From Polymyxa betae A26-41 (Eukaryota > Protista > Endomyxa: Phytomyxea), in the NCBI GenBank assembly GCA_003693705.1, contig RBZT01000500.1, positions 1 through 64,000 of the forward strand: a stretch of DNA of 64,000 nucleotides. The letters are read 5' to 3'. Below are positions 1 to 13,397 of this stretch, piece by piece. Position 1 is the first letter of the stretch, and each line of letters begins with the position of its first letter. The notes beneath the pieces are model-generated. The model was not told the DNA's origin, made no database searches, and worked only from the letters and a program-made list of their open reading frames with translations. Made by a program: the position numbers and the translations under genes.

Positions 1-102
1 GAAGGGGCTGCTGAGGTGGGCTCGGCAGATGGCTCTTCAGAAGGTTCTTCAGAAGGGGCTGCTGAGGTGGGCTCGGCAGATGGCTCTTCAGAAGGCTCTT
101 CA
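1..102. repeat. 51-bp coding tandem repeat (17-aa unit of the mucin stalk)
   Basis: gaaggggctgctgaggtgggctcggcagatggctcttcagaagg.tcttca at 1 and 52. Confidence 0.9.
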
Positions 103-725
103 GATGGGACAGTAGTGGGGTCAGCAGTTGGCTCGTCGGTTTCAGGAGCAGGTGTTTTGCGAGAACGGGTGGTTGTCTTTCTGGGTAGTGTTGTCAAGAT
201 TGTTGTCACATTGCACCAGGTAACATTGCTCAGATTGGAGGCATTGCTGCCATTGAACGGCATCGTGCAATTAGTGACATTGCTGATGTTGAGCTTGCTG
301 GTGTAAAGGGGTTTGAATGGGACCACGACTTTCCGGCATTTACAGTATTTAGCAGGGCAATCAGGCGGGAGGTTGTTGCTAATGGTCGGTTAACGTTCCT
401 CTTTATACACAGATAGTACATATTTACTAACCAGGTAGCGTCACACCAGTAGTCTGTGGCAATGGCGTTCCTAGCTTTGCATACTAATCTTTCTCCAGGA
501 GCATTTTGGCATGCGCAAAAGGATTTCGGACCTGAAATGTTGAATTTAGGCATGTATTTGAACGATTCCAGTATGCATACAGAAAGATGGATTGCTGTTA
601 CAGTTCTCATCGCAAAACTGATCGGTGGTGCGGACATCAATAGCCTTGCAAAGTTTACGAGCATGAACTTGAGAGCAGAGAGCTAGAACGCAGAGCGCAA
701 ACAAGATGTTTGATGTGAACGACAT
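1..725 (-). CDS. Secreted Cys-rich protein with two Cys repeats and a Pro/Ser/Glu/Thr mucin-like stalk (3' end runs off window)
   Basis: ATG at 725, signal peptide MSFTSNILFALCVLALCSQVHA. Two repeats of C-K-A-x5-TD-x-[FW]-C-D-x2-C...CP...C-x-C across two short introns, then EEPSAEPTSAAP repeats. Confidence 0.75.
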
Positions 726-1137
726 GATTCGAAATGATGTCCAGTATGACGACATGATCGGTTTAAATAGCGCCGCCTGGAACAGGGTGCCGGTCATTGC
801 CGACATGTGCATCACTTGCCACTGTAATGTGCACATCGTCACAGATTGAACATCCCGAATCACGTTCCTTTACGCGGAATGAACTACATCTGACTGCATC
901 AAGAGCAGAGGTAGTTTCTGAGGCTTGAACAACGCCTACTGTGTATAGTAAAGAGCATGACTTTGTCCATGCCTACCATGATACGTGCGATGCAAGTTCG
1001 GCAATTCTGGGACCATTCGGACATGAAAAGTTTTATGAACTTTACCTCGTTTTTGAAAAAGGTTGTTGAGTCAACTGTTAGTTTCACCCAATGACTAGAC
1101 TGGCACCAATGAAAAATCAGAGCTTAATAATCACGAA

Positions 1138-2030
1138 ATGCGATGTCGTGCTCGAACCACGATGTTGCTATTAATCCTAATATATTTAATATCGCCGACA
1201 TATTCATTCAGCAAACACCGAAATCAGGGCATGAAACATAGACAACATCACGGCAATCATGATGATCAGCATAAACCTAGCTGGATGGACGATTACAACT
1301 ATGATGACGAAGAGTTCGGCATGAACTTTGGTGATTGGGGTCACGATTTTGGCCACGAAGATAAAGGCCATCACCTGGATGACTTGGAGATGTTGGGAGA
1401 CCACCATCATGACGTGGAGGTTGACGAAGACTGGCATGATAATGAAGAGCATCATGAACATGAGGACGAAGATTATGATCATGGACGTGAAGAAGAACAT
1501 GACGTTCCAGGCCATCATTTTACTGGATTCCGTCATGGTCATCATGGAGATGCTCATCATAGTGATGATGACCACCACGCCGGTGCAAAGGGCCACGAAG
1601 CAACTCGATCATGGGAAGATGATCACAACGATGAATTCCATCGGGACGATGGTGTAGATGAGATCGAGGGTAAAGTCAAGGACCGTAGTACTGTCCAGAC
1701 TTCAGCTAATATCAATGCCCAAGTCAGTTGCCCAATCTTCGATGTAAGAATCGTAGCTAACTGCCGCTTGCCTAGGTCACTGGAAACGACCTACATTCTG
1801 AAAGTCACCACGATTCGCAGAATCACGAAAACGAGCATCATTCTAGTCTGGAATACGACCGCGATGACGAGACGATGGAAGAGGATGGCTATAAACGTCT
1901 GTCAAGCTATGGGGACGACGACGAAGAAATGCACGATGACGATCGTAAAGAGCATGGCGGTGATCATGGTGACAAAGATGATCACCACCATCATCATAGA
2001 CACCATCGTAGCCACCACCATGACGATTGA
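1138..2030 (+). CDS. His/Asp/Glu-rich secreted protein (family member 1), 2 exons
   Basis: Hydrophobic signal LLLILIYLISPTYS. Intron 1723-1775 (GTCAG...CTAAC...CCTAG) restores a His/Asp-rich frame ending DDHHHHHRHHRSHHHDD* (TGA 2028-2030). Confidence 0.85.
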
Positions 2031-2119
2031 CCGGCGTAGAAGTCATCTATATTCCAATCCTAAACTTAATAAATTAAATGGACAGAGTGTTCCATCGGAA
2101 ATTATGAGCAAGATTTCGT

Positions 2120-3290
2120 TACAGCCTGGTTGTATCAATTTCAAATGACAGAGCGCAGCCATCTCTAGAATGAATGATCTCATCGTCTTTCGCTCCACAA
2201 TTTGGAAACTCTTCTTGTTCAGTTCTACTGCCTCGGTCTGTTGCATGATGATACAAGGTGGCCTAATGCCCTGTATCACTGCTGTTTCCCTATCATGGGT
2301 TGCTCAATGATTGCACGAATCGTTTCCAGCTGTGGTGTCCTCGCCGATATAACCGAGTACCCCATACCACTGGATTCAGATTCTGGTAAAAACCGGGCAG
2401 CGCATAGAATTGGGTTATTCACCGCTCCCCGAAGCGCTCTAAGCTGTTCCAAGTGCAGAATCTCTCGTAATCTTTTAGCAATGCGGACGAATTCATACTA
2501 AATGAAATAGAAACCTCATTTTACAAGGACGGCGTCTGTGTTGGGGATGCGGCACCAGTGATGGTAATATCGTTTCGGGCGTGTATTGAACCATAAACAT
2601 AAGGTGTATTGAGATTCACTGAAGGCCGACTACGTCCATGAGAACGAACGGATCCCGAGATATAGGGATGATTTGTAATAAACAAAGAGAAAGTTCCAAT
2701 TTCAGTTTCGAGCCCAGCTGCACGCCAAATCCAGCAACTGATGCGGAAACTCCATCCATTGACCCACCTAATCCAGCAACCTTGGCCTCGGCGTTGCAAA
2801 ATTCGACATTGGCGAATGCATGTACGCCTGATAAACCCGCTTGTTATTTCGCCCGATCCTTGCCCTAAACCCTCAATCCGAAATTGTACATCAGCCAAAT
2901 GCCCTAAACTGACGATTTGGATAGTCTGAATAGCTCCAGGTATGGGATTCCGCTGTTTATTGTACCGATCGCACGGCTCCAATCCAAATCACAGCCTTTT
3001 TAGAGCGGGAAATCCCAATTCTAGATCAGTGAAACCCCAATTCTGAAGCGCTGCGCACGTTACGGTTATCTTACTGCATATTTCCTCTCCATACCAAACT
3101 GTGCAGTTGTGAAATAATCTGAGTGTCAGCCAGATAGTCTCCCATTTGTTTGGCCTCGCAGCCAGATGCTGCGAAGAGGGCTCCCTAATGGTTTCACACG
3201 TAGTCACAGGGTGCCATTGCAACCAATCAAAGCAGATTTCACCTACAGCATCCTCTGCATCGCTATGTCGTGAATTGTTATTCCCATCGT
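2120..3290 (-). CDS. Probable multi-exon hypothetical gene
   Basis: Several minus-strand open segments bounded by GT/AG-like sites (e.g. YEFVRIAKRLREILHLEQLRALRG). No recognisable domain; exon structure unresolved. Confidence 0.3.
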
Positions 3291-3291
3291 C

Positions 3292-6200
3292 ATGGTTAGT
3301 GATTCGATTCTGTCATCGACATCGACCCGGCCAACTTCCATACGAAGAAGGCGAAGAAAATCGATTGCTCGCTTGTTTGGGGCTCTGGTCGTCCCGGCAA
3401 ATGAAGCACAGCGAGCGAATCGCCTTCGCGATGGTTGCATCATTCCGCTGGACCTGGATCGTGTTCGACCAGATTGCTTATTGCCAGCAGAAATCGCATC
3501 GTTATATGCAGAGGCTGATAATCCTAAAGGCTCGGATGCGCTGCTCACGTCTGCAGGAAGGCTCTCCAAAGCCACCATTTATGTTCGGCTTAATTTCGTT
3601 AGGATTGCTGTTTATGAAAATCAATCCGTAGAGATTGAGATAGGCATATTCGATCAAAGTGTTGAACGATTCATCACCGATAGCATTGTTCTAGGCTCAA
3701 GTGGCAATTCTCTTTCTGATTGGGTTGGGTTCGTCGACGTGCAGATCTCTTCATCCTGTGTTATTGTAGCTCGTATCTATGCCATTGGCGGTTTGGTTAA
3801 GAATTGTTCGTCCATTCGCGACTGTCGTCGGCAAATAGGGTTCTCTTCTTTCCCCTTGTCTCACGTATTTTCTGAGGCCCCTTTGACACAACATGATCTG
3901 GCTGTATTGAGACCCAAATCAGATCAATCATTTGCCAAATTGCTCACATCATCATCTGCTGGAACTCGTTTTAGACCTTCGATGGCGTTCAAGCTGCGTT
4001 TTCAGATGGCCAATGTGATTCCATTAGGAACTCCTTATCATTGCTCATCGGGCTTATCAACTAATGGTCATCTCGAATCCTCTTCGTTGATTCGTTTCGA
4101 GCTGATTTGCGGGGAATTTAAAAACTCGTTTAAGTCGTCTCAGATGAATATCTGCATTGAGGCGTCTATTATCATTCGTGGGACCACTAAGGAATTGGCC
4201 TGTTTGAGGCGTGGCTCCGAAGGACTCTCTGTCAAATACACGTCTGCAATCGTTTATCATTGCAATTCACCTGAATTTCATGAGAGTTTTCTGTAAGCAT
4301 TCTACAGCTTTCTGGCAATGAGCTAATTCCGAATAGGGTCAATGTCAGTGCAATCCGTAATGAGGCTCAGAATTCGCATGTCTCCCTTCTGCTTCGCGCT
4401 CTTCATGTTGCCAGATATGGCACCGTAACTACTATGGGCTACATCACTTTAGTGGTTTTCGACCGAGAGTCTGGGAAGATCGCCACAACCAATAATCATA
4501 TTGTTGCCGTCCATTTACTTGACATTGCCAACAACAAGAAAACAAAGAACCGAATAATGTTCAGATCATCGGTCTCTTTTTTTGAATTTCTCAATCAATT
4601 CATAAAACGTGTCAGTAGGTTGTGTCCAAACATGAGACAGATGACGATATCTTGGCGACTGTACTAAGCGGCAAGGCATTGTATAAGGACTTGAAGCTAG
4701 CGCATACTCGTATCGAGCACACTTCAAATTTGGATGTTCTGCTACAAACAAAGCTGATGGAACACTATATTCTGAAAGGGTCACTTCAACATTATTGATT
4801 CCTGCTATTTTATTGATGAGTGTTTCAGAGCACATCGGCAAGACGCTACTTTGAATGCAGCTTGGTCACTATATTGCTTATTGAGAAAGAGAATTCTTAA
4901 CAGAGGTGGATTCTCTTTTGAGCCGATTCAAGCCGACATCTTGCTCACCAACTTGATGTTGTGTTTTCGGTTGAATTTGCCCGATCTGGTTCAGTTATCC
5001 TTAGAGATCTTCCATGGTGGGTGAAAACGTCTTGCTGAGTTTCACAAGCTTGTACTAAGCTGATATCTAGACCCGTCACTTGTTGTCATGTCAGATTGTT
5101 CAAAGAGTCTCGTTGAATCCGTCATCGTAGAAGCTGGCAGAGGTTCAGTCAGGTTGTGAGTCTCGGGATTCTCTACTGACAAATATTGCCAACAGGTTCA
5201 TGTGCTCTGACTGGGAAAAGTCTTGTTTTGCTGTTTAAACTGTTTGCCCCGGTTGTTGCTCCAGATCAGCTTCGCACTGTTTTCGACCGCCTGAGTGTTA
5301 AGCTGAATATTTACGACGCCGAAAGGTTTCTTCGAACCAAACTGGCCGAAATCTTTCATCCAGACCCGAAGATCGATCGCAAGTGCTTGATCTCTCTAGC
5401 AGCTGATTTTGCCTCATCATCTGATGGTTTGTAGTATTCTTGCTGGGCTCGCTCTTGAAGTTTGACTTCCTCATAGACAGGTGTTGCTATTTAGCCCGGC
5501 CTTTATCTATTGTGTTGCAAGCAAAGTTCTCTGAAGACAATGTTCCGAGTTTACTCTCATTGCTTCACCGACTTTATACCATACTCCACGTGCTATCAGT
5601 GGACAAGTCTCTGAGCGCTATTCAAATTCCGACCATGCAGATTTTGAGAGTTCTACATTCCAGTAGATTTGTTATCCCACCTGACGAAGTGGAGATTCAC
5701 CTAGATTATGCGTCAAGAATTTCGAATGGCTCAGCGTTGTAAGTGTATGCTGATTGATGTGTTTATGTATTGATCAAGCTCAGTAATCACTCACACATTG
5801 TTCTTCGAATTATGGAGCTACACGCAGCCATTTTGATATTGGATATGATTCCAGCGATGCCTGATGTCAATCTTTCGGTTTCTCGAACCTTGCTGATGTT
5901 GTTAAATGGGAAGGATATGCAATTACAAGGGTAAACGAAATGCCTTGCAAAATACGTTCCAGCTCAGAATAATGTTAGAATCCGAAAACGTCGATCTGCG
6001 TATGTCTCCCTTCACGTTATCCAGTGGCTTCGGCCCTGGATGTTAAAGATTCTGATGCGGCACTCTGCTACTTCTCCAGACCTAATGACTTTTGAGCTAT
6101 TAATTCACTTCATGATACGCTCAAGCTCCGATCTTGGCGGAACACAAAATTTGCTAGAAAAATGGCGAACTGTAGTCAAAAGCGGTCTATATGAGAACTC

Positions 6201-7926
6201 GGTCTGCAATGAAGTATTCATCATATTGCAAGAAAGGTTTGCTCAGAGTGCGGTTGAATGAAGCTCGGCTAAATTCCATTTAGACGTCTATATTCTTGTG
6301 CCATCGAGTTTTTCAAACATATAAGAGGATCATGGGAAAGTGAAAGCTTTCTGGTTTTTTTTACTCATTTAAGTGAAGCAGAGTTAGCTTTTTTAGAAGG
6401 AAATACTGACAGAAAGATTGACGCGTTGGTCTCTGGTCTCAACGCTGTCAGGCACATAAGCGAAGCATTGCAAATCCGCATGTATATCGTCGACGAGCTA
6501 ATTGGTCAGTACGATTCCATGCAACTTGCCGGTCCAGAACTAGCTCAGGTGCGAAGTATGATTTCGTCAGACAACTCGCACTAAACACTGTTCAGTGTTA
6601 TTTAGAACGTGGTGAAAATCAGCCCTCGACAGATATTGGTCGTCTTGGTGATTTTCGAAACGCGCTACAAATTTCAACCGATTGTTTCGAATGGGGTGTG
6701 CGCATTTTTGTGCAACGCTTTTACATACTGACTTCGAATAGAAAAAGCTGCAATGATCTGCGAAAGGATAATATATGGGTGTACGGGGCCAGATAAGGAT
6801 CCCAGCTTCGTTCCACATTTCAGAAGAATACGTGCCGATCTTCTTCGTCGCATTCAGACTGAAGATCGAGTAATGCCCCAGTACGCTCGAGTTGCTTTCA
6901 GCGACTGCAGCTTTCATCACACTTCCGGTAATTAGAGCCTTTTTACTTTGGAGTATTTAACATGTAGATAGAACGTGGGAGAGAATTTGTGTACCGTTTA
7001 AGAACTGGAGAGAGCGTTCTTGAGTTCACAGATCGGTTTCGTTTGCAGTATCCGTATGCTGAGATCAGAAATACATATGTCGACCCAGCCGAGGTCCAAG
7101 ATAATCCTGTCATAGCGATTCAAAGAGTTGAAGTTTCCAGTGGTTGTCAAAATGAAGAGAGCGGTACTGATGTCGACGCCGATTCGCTGAGTTTGCCTGT
7201 TCGATTCCGTCATTTCGCAATGCATTCAGATGCTAGTGCATTTTCGTTTGCTAGAATGGTGATTATTCCGTCCACGAGAGCGGAAGAGGATCTCAGTCCA
7301 GATACCGATAGTATGTTTTCTGACGTTTTGTGACTAATAATATGTTTCTGATTTCGCGTTCAGTTTGCCGTCAATGGTTTAAAATCCATTGCATCAAAGT
7401 TGCGAACAAATTCCCTTGCCTTTCTCGACGTCAACTTATCCTTAGCCATAAACATTACTGGCAAAGTCCCATCCAAACTGCCATTATAACTGTGAGGCAG
7501 GGCACCCAAAAATTAAAGCGTGAAATGGAGAAAATAATTTTTGCTGCTAAACAAAAGGACGGCAATATCGACGTCAGTCAGCTGTCATTGGTGTTATCCG
7601 GTTCGTTATTACTTTTTTTCAACCTCAAACTAATGCTGTCTAAAAGGTATTATTGACGCCCCTGTCAATGGCGGCATTGCAATCTACCGATCTTGTTTCT
7701 TGCCCAATTCTGAGAGATATACAGACGAACAAGAAGAACTATTGAGTGCTATCAGAAATCAAAGAAGCGTTCTAAAGAAAGGATTGACTTTATTCAAGGA
7801 TTCAATATCGCCTGCACTCTTGCCATTACACGCGGTATGAAATCCATCAAAATACTGTTTCTCATCTGACATAATCCCACTTAGCATCTAGAGAATCAAT
7901 TGCAGAAGACTTTTCCAGAGTCATAA
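3292..7926 (+). CDS. DOCK-family Rho/Rac guanine nucleotide exchange factor (DHR-1 C2 + DHR-2)
   Basis: DHR-1-like ELICGEFK...YTSAIVYHCNSPEFHE. DHR-2-like PQYARVAF, FVYR..ESVLEFTDRFRLQYP, KFPCLSRRQ, SPIQTAI, LSLVLSGIIDAPVNGGIAIYRSCFL. Last exon HLENQLQKTFPES*. Confidence 0.85.
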
Positions 7927-8208
7927 ATATACCTTACACCAATCTTGAGGACATTTGTTGAAAACAGATATATTTATACAGAGACCTTCAGTTAGGCAAT
8001 TTCACTTGCTTCATTGTGGACTAATTTCGGAACAACATCTCTTGTGACTCACGAGTTTCGGTATTCTGGTATTCGGAACTTCAAGAATGATTGAATCACG
8101 AAACCATTGGATTTCCGATGGTGGCAATAGTTCCGTCATCTGAATGCTGACATCATTTCACTTTCAAAATCCAACCAGAGTTCGAACAATATCCCATTCA
8201 CTGGAAAA

Positions 8209-8547
8209 ATGCGATCTGTGGCCATCCTTGGTGTGCTTTTGATTAGTTTGATTTCCCTCGCCTCATCTTATGAAGAAGACGCCATGCGGGAATCGAATCT
8301 GAATGAACACGATGAAGGCCATCGGGCGGGAAAGGAACATGAGGTTGAAGTGGATATCTCAGTTCAAGACCACACTCCGAGTCATGGGCATCACGCTCGT
8401 CATCATCCAGGGCACCATCACCTGGCTGAGGATGAAGATGATGAATACGGCGATGTTCATGGCCATGGCCATAATCCCCATGAGTTGTCTCACAATGAAA
8501 TGGTCGATATGCTACACGGCGACGATGACGACGACTTCTTGCATTGA
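8209..8547 (+). CDS. Small His/Asp-rich secreted protein (family member 2)
   Basis: Single exon, signal peptide MRSVAILGVLLISLISLASS, mature part dominated by H/D/E. Confidence 0.85.
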   Translation: MRSVAILGVLLISLISLASSYEEDAMRESNLNEHDEGHRAGKEHEVEVDISVQDHTPSHGHHARHHPGHHHLAEDEDDEYGDVHGHGHNPHELSHNEMVDMLHGDDDDDFLH

Positions 8548-8864
8548 GTTGCTGTTTCTGTTTGAATCATCCAATATCCTGTATTGACTTTCGAATCAAA
8601 AGAATCGATTCCAGCAAATAAAGTTTGGCCATTTCGTCATAGCAATTTGAACTGACTCATTTTTTCACTTCATGTATGCATGGTTGGGGGCTCTCTCTTC
8701 AACATAAGGTACGTCTGATGCATTTTTGTCAGACTTTATAGAAGGTACCGGAATGTCACGGGGACAGGTCGGAGCGCACAGGTTGCCAAAGCCGGTTATT
8801 AACTGGAATATCCATAGTTGAATTCCAATTAGCACGTAGCTATTGAGCTGACTCTTTCTTTTTG

Positions 8865-9889
8865 ATGGAGCTCGATCATGAATCGCTCCTGAACGCCGAC
8901 CAAGGGCATGCCTTGGTCGTTCTAAACAACTTCCGCCGGGAATTGTCGCATAATGATGCACTGTTGATAGAATTATGGAAGAGAGCATCGTTCGTAGTGG
9001 TCGCTGATGGCGCCGCAACGTACACATCAAAATTATATGAAATTGGCATGTAGGTCTTTACAAATCCTTTTTGACAGCCTGCTTATATCTCTTAGATCGG
9101 CGCCAAATGCAGTCTGTGGTGACTTTGATTCTGTAGAAGAGGCAACATTAAATGATCATCTGGATCGTGGCTCTGCCATAATCCGTTTAGATTCGCAAAA
9201 TCATACAGATCTGCAAAAGTGATGTTGAACCATTTAAAAAAAGAAACCTTAATTTCTCTGGCAGATGCGTCCATATTGTCGCTTGCAACCAACTAGGAAT
9301 TCACACCCAGAAGCAAGACGATATTTTATCGCTTGGTATGCGGTTTCGCACAGGACAATGACAATCATCAACCATAATGCAGAACTTACCGATGAGTTAC
9401 AATTGGACGTTATCGTGTTCGGGGCTTTCGGAGGACGATTTGATCACGAGATGAGCGCAATACATGAGCTGTATCGATCCCAGCATTGGTTTCGATCGAT
9501 AACTTTGCTTTCTAATTGCAATCTAGCTTGCTTGATTAGACCAGGGAGAACTGTGATTGTAGGATCAGGTTCGTTTTCAAATTTCAAAGCTGAGTAAGTC
9601 CACAGAAATGTCACAAACAATTACAGCTTGGCAGCACCTGTGGATTGCTGCCGCTGGGTTCGCCAGTGACTTCAATCTCGACAAAAGGTCGCCAGATTTA
9701 GAAACCCATCCTAGCTGACCGCTCATAGGTTTGAAATGGGATATTTTGAAGCGCAGTCTGAAGCTAGGAACCTTCGTCTCAACTAGCAATCGCATCATCT
9801 CCGATACAATAGAGATCGAATGCTCCGAACCCGTCATTTTGACAACATCGTTGACATCACAGCAATACCAACGTTCTATATTTACATAA
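8865..9889 (+). CDS. TPK1: Thiamine pyrophosphokinase
   Basis: Motifs VVADGAA, GDFDS, QNHTDLQK, GAFGGRFDHEM, CGLLPLG, TKGLKWD, VSTSN across ~6 exons. Confidence 0.92.
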
Positions 9890-10118
9890 ACCTGATAAAC
9901 TCTTTTATCGGCGGCGCGGGTAACATCCCCGGGCAAATCTGAATGCCGAATCGTGCTGGGATGTTCCAGACTGAGGATCGAGACAGATCCAGAGGATTCA
10001 TAAAGAAGAGAGGAAACAATAATGAGGATTAGCAAAGGTTCTCTATTAGTGTAGGAGGACAGGACTCACAGAGGAGGCTCCGTTCTCAGTCAAGCCTTGT
10101 TACATTCACTTTCCATTC

Positions 10119-12025
10119 ATGTTCAAAGGCTTGGTCGTTATCTTCATATCTGTCGCATTCGTCAGCGCCCATTCCGACGACGACCTTCTGCAAAGGGCTG
10201 ATGCGTTCTGTAACGCTGGTAACTGCCAAGAGGCGCTGAAGCTGCTAGGAACCGCACATGAGTCTAAGGCCAGTTTCAAGGCGGCTGGGGCAATAGCTGA
10301 ACTGTATCAAACTGGAAAGTTAAATGGAGAATCATCGCATACTGGTGCAGATTATGAGACAGCTCGGGCTTGGCTCGAAAAAGGAGCCGCTTTAGGCGAT
10401 CCCGATTGTCATCGCTCTCTCGGCTTCTTGCATGCTACAGGCATAGGATTGAATGGAACTGTAGATATGGCACAAAGTTTGTTGCAGTATTTTATGGGAG
10501 GACAAAACGGTTTATGTATGGAATGCTCAATGGCTGTGGGCTATCGCTATTTGTATGGCTATGGCGTGCAGAAAAGCTGTGATTCAGCCGTTAAATTCTA
10601 TATAGAGGCTTCAAGCGAAGGTATGAGATTCGTCGAGAGTTATGGTGCTTTTAAAATATAAATCTGATTTTCCTTAGCAATATCGAAAATTGAGACTACT
10701 AGTCCTTTCGAGAGGATTCGCCTAACAGACGAAAGTAACCGGAACAAGCCTGCAGAAGAGTCAAAAGTACTTTTGCTTTCTCCCGCCGAATTGTCCAATT
10801 AATAATCTTTCAGGACGTCATACATTATTTTGAAAATGCAGCAGATGGTGGAGATGTCGCTGCTCAATTAGCACTTGGTCAGCTCACTCAGCGTGGTCTT
10901 CGAGGCGTCCCTCAAGATATGGCGCGAGCCGCTGAGTACTTTGAACGGGCAGCGCAGCAAGGTGACGCTAACGCCATGGCTCAGCTGGCGACCGTATACG
11001 TTAACGGAGAAGGCAGACCGCAAAATAACCAGACCGCTTTGAAGCTGTTCAAAAAGTCGGCAGCTTTAGGCAATGCGGCTGGGTATACAGGCCTCGGATA
11101 CATGTACATGACGGGGAGAGGTGTGGAAAAGAATATGCAGCTGGCATTAAAATATTATAAGGAAGGCGCCGATCTCGGAGCCCCTGAAGCCCAGTATGAA
11201 CTAGCTTTGATGTATCTCGATGGAGAGCACGTAGAGCGGTCGTACGCGACAGCTCTGCATTATTTCACCCAAGCTGCCCATCAAGGTCATACTCCTTCGC
11301 TCTTCAATCTGGCCCAGCTTCATTTGATGGGAATGGGTACTATTAAGTCGTGCTCCTTGGCTGTTAGACTTCATAAAGTGGTCGCTGAGAGAGGACCTTG
11401 GGCAGCTTCTAGGCATAATCAAGGACACGAAGACTTCGTAAACGGGAATTATGAAGGTGCATTATGGTCATACAGTCAATGTGCGATGGCAGGCGATGAG
11501 ATATGCCAGTTAAATGCTGCATGGATGCTTTCCCAAGCTATAGGGTATTATCGCAGTGATCATGAGAGATTGGCGGTTGCTTTTTGGAGAATGGCAGCAG
11601 ACCAAGGTTCTGCTTACGCTCAAAGAATCCTGGGCGACCTATCGTTCTCTGGTATTATATCTGGTGGCCCTGAAGAAGCTATGAGAAGATATCAGCAGGC
11701 GGCTGATAGATCCGACCCCCAAGCTTTATTCAATCTAGGCTATATGCACGAATGGGGCCCCGCACAGGATCTGTATCTTGCTAAGCGAGCATACGATCAA
11801 TGCAAACAAGCGAGTCCTTTGGCCGCCGTCCCTGTGCAGTTGGCGCTTTTGGTTCTTTCCATCCACATGTGGTGGGTGGGTCTGCCCGATTCCTCAGAGC
11901 AGGCCAGGACGGCTCCTAAATGGCGAATCGATCTCGAATCGGCAGAGAACATTATCCTTGTTGTATTATGTGCAGCGCTGGCTCTGGTTGTGTACATTCG
12001 CCAACGCCGGATTGTACGTTCCTAG
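10119..12025 (+). CDS. SEL1L: SEL1L/Hrd3-like ERAD adaptor (signal peptide, Sel1 repeats, C-terminal TM)
   Basis: Many Sel1 repeats (LGYMYMTGRGV, A..YY..AA..G), VAERGPW motif, QALFNLGYMHEWG, LAKRAYD, C-terminal TM. Two introns near 10622-10813. Confidence 0.88.
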
Positions 12026-12329
12026 GAAGTTGTTCAAGACGACATTCTGAAGATCAGAAGTCTCTCACTATGTACATTCTAAGCCAGCAAACATAAACCT
12101 AACACACTATTTTATTGTATACGTAGATCGGGTCCATTGTGAATCTCCAAGTAGATCATTTCGAACAAGTCCCGAGCTTCCGGGAATTTCGGCGTGAATC
12201 AAATGTCCTTCATGAGTCATGTTGTTCATCGATGACTCAAGATAGCCTCCAGGTTGACATCAATCAGGTCGGAGAGCTGCCATTATCCTATTTTCGCATA
12301 ATTGACGAACCCCGATTTTTAGCTCACCG

Positions 12330-13034
12330 ATGTCCCGTCCGATTGCTATAATCCTATTGCTTGCCATATCTTTTGTCTTAGCCGACCACAGTGGTCAGGT
12401 TCTTGATAGAGACGATGCAGATGCCGTTCGCGGTACAAAGCACCTCGATTCTCGTGACTCGGAGCAAATCGCGCACCACGATGGCAAAAACCTTGATAAC
12501 AAGGGAACTGATAAGTCCAATACGAACACCCAGGCTGTATTAACAGCTACGATGAACGCCAAAGATCAGCATCAAGATTCGTATTCGCATCTGCACGATA
12601 ACGCACACGAAACTGATGCTGCCGGAGAAGGTGACCACCTGCAAGGAAATGAGGCCTTCGTTGGAATGCACAACGGCGCCGACAGCTTCGGCCATATTGA
12701 TAGCGCCCATTACGAGCATGATCACCGCGACGTAAGTCTCAGGATCTTTAGTTTCATCTTTCTAAATGCTAGACAGGAGGACCCTATGTTCCATGGACAT
12801 CATGGAATGTTTGATGGCGATGGCGTATATAACTTCGATGAAGAGCACATGCATGATTTCGGTGTGGATCCAGCTTACGCTCATGGCTTCGGTGACCCTG
12901 ATTTCCACCACTGGCGTCATGGCAATGATCACCGCATGTTGGACGCATGGGGCCGTCCCCGTGTAGATGATTATCAATACCCTGGTGCTGTAGCTTTCGA
13001 TAACGCGCATCACCGAGGTGCCCATCATCTGTAA
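12330..13034 (+). CDS. His/Asp-rich secreted protein (family member 3)
   Basis: Signal peptide; core KGTDKSNTNTQAVLTATMNAKDQHQDSYSHLHDNAHETD; probable in-frame intron starting 12732 (GTAAGT...CAG). Confidence 0.85.
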   Translation: MSRPIAIILLLAISFVLADHSGQVLDRDDADAVRGTKHLDSRDSEQIAHHDGKNLDNKGTDKSNTNTQAVLTATMNAKDQHQDSYSHLHDNAHETDAAGEGDHLQGNEAFVGMHNGADSFGHIDSAHYEHDHRDVSLRIFSFIFLNARQEDPMFHGHHGMFDGDGVYNFDEEHMHDFGVDPAYAHGFGDPDFHHWRHGNDHRMLDAWGRPRVDDYQYPGAVAFDNAHHRGAHHL

Positions 13035-13397
13035 GCAACAAGCCTATAACTCGCTCGAAAGCTAATAAAAACAGCAATCCATTATGACAATCAACCCGTT
13101 TTGTCAGTTTCCTTCAATTCAAGCTATAGCGAAGTTGTATCTGGGTGCCAGCGAAGTCACACATAGCAGTTCATAACTGCTGTACGACCATCACTTAAAT
13201 TCACGTATGTATGATATCAATCAAACTTTTATCTCGGCAGCAATCGAACATCCGATTGCAATTTCCTGACCACGATTGTCCAGCAGGAAGAACTTTACTC
13301 GAAATGCATGAGTCAACGCGCGTATTTTTGTTCAGCTATGAGTCAATGTTTGCGATATTTATGACTCATAATCTATTGTTGCTTCGTAACCCACCGA

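Noticed and set aside
9885-10000. TPP riboswitch downstream of thiamine pyrophosphokinase (ACCTGAT and CTGAG words, AACATCCC/GGGATGTT stem)
   Set aside because: The conserved elements are in the wrong order and the P1/P4/P5 pairings cannot be built; an Rfam RF00059 search would settle it.
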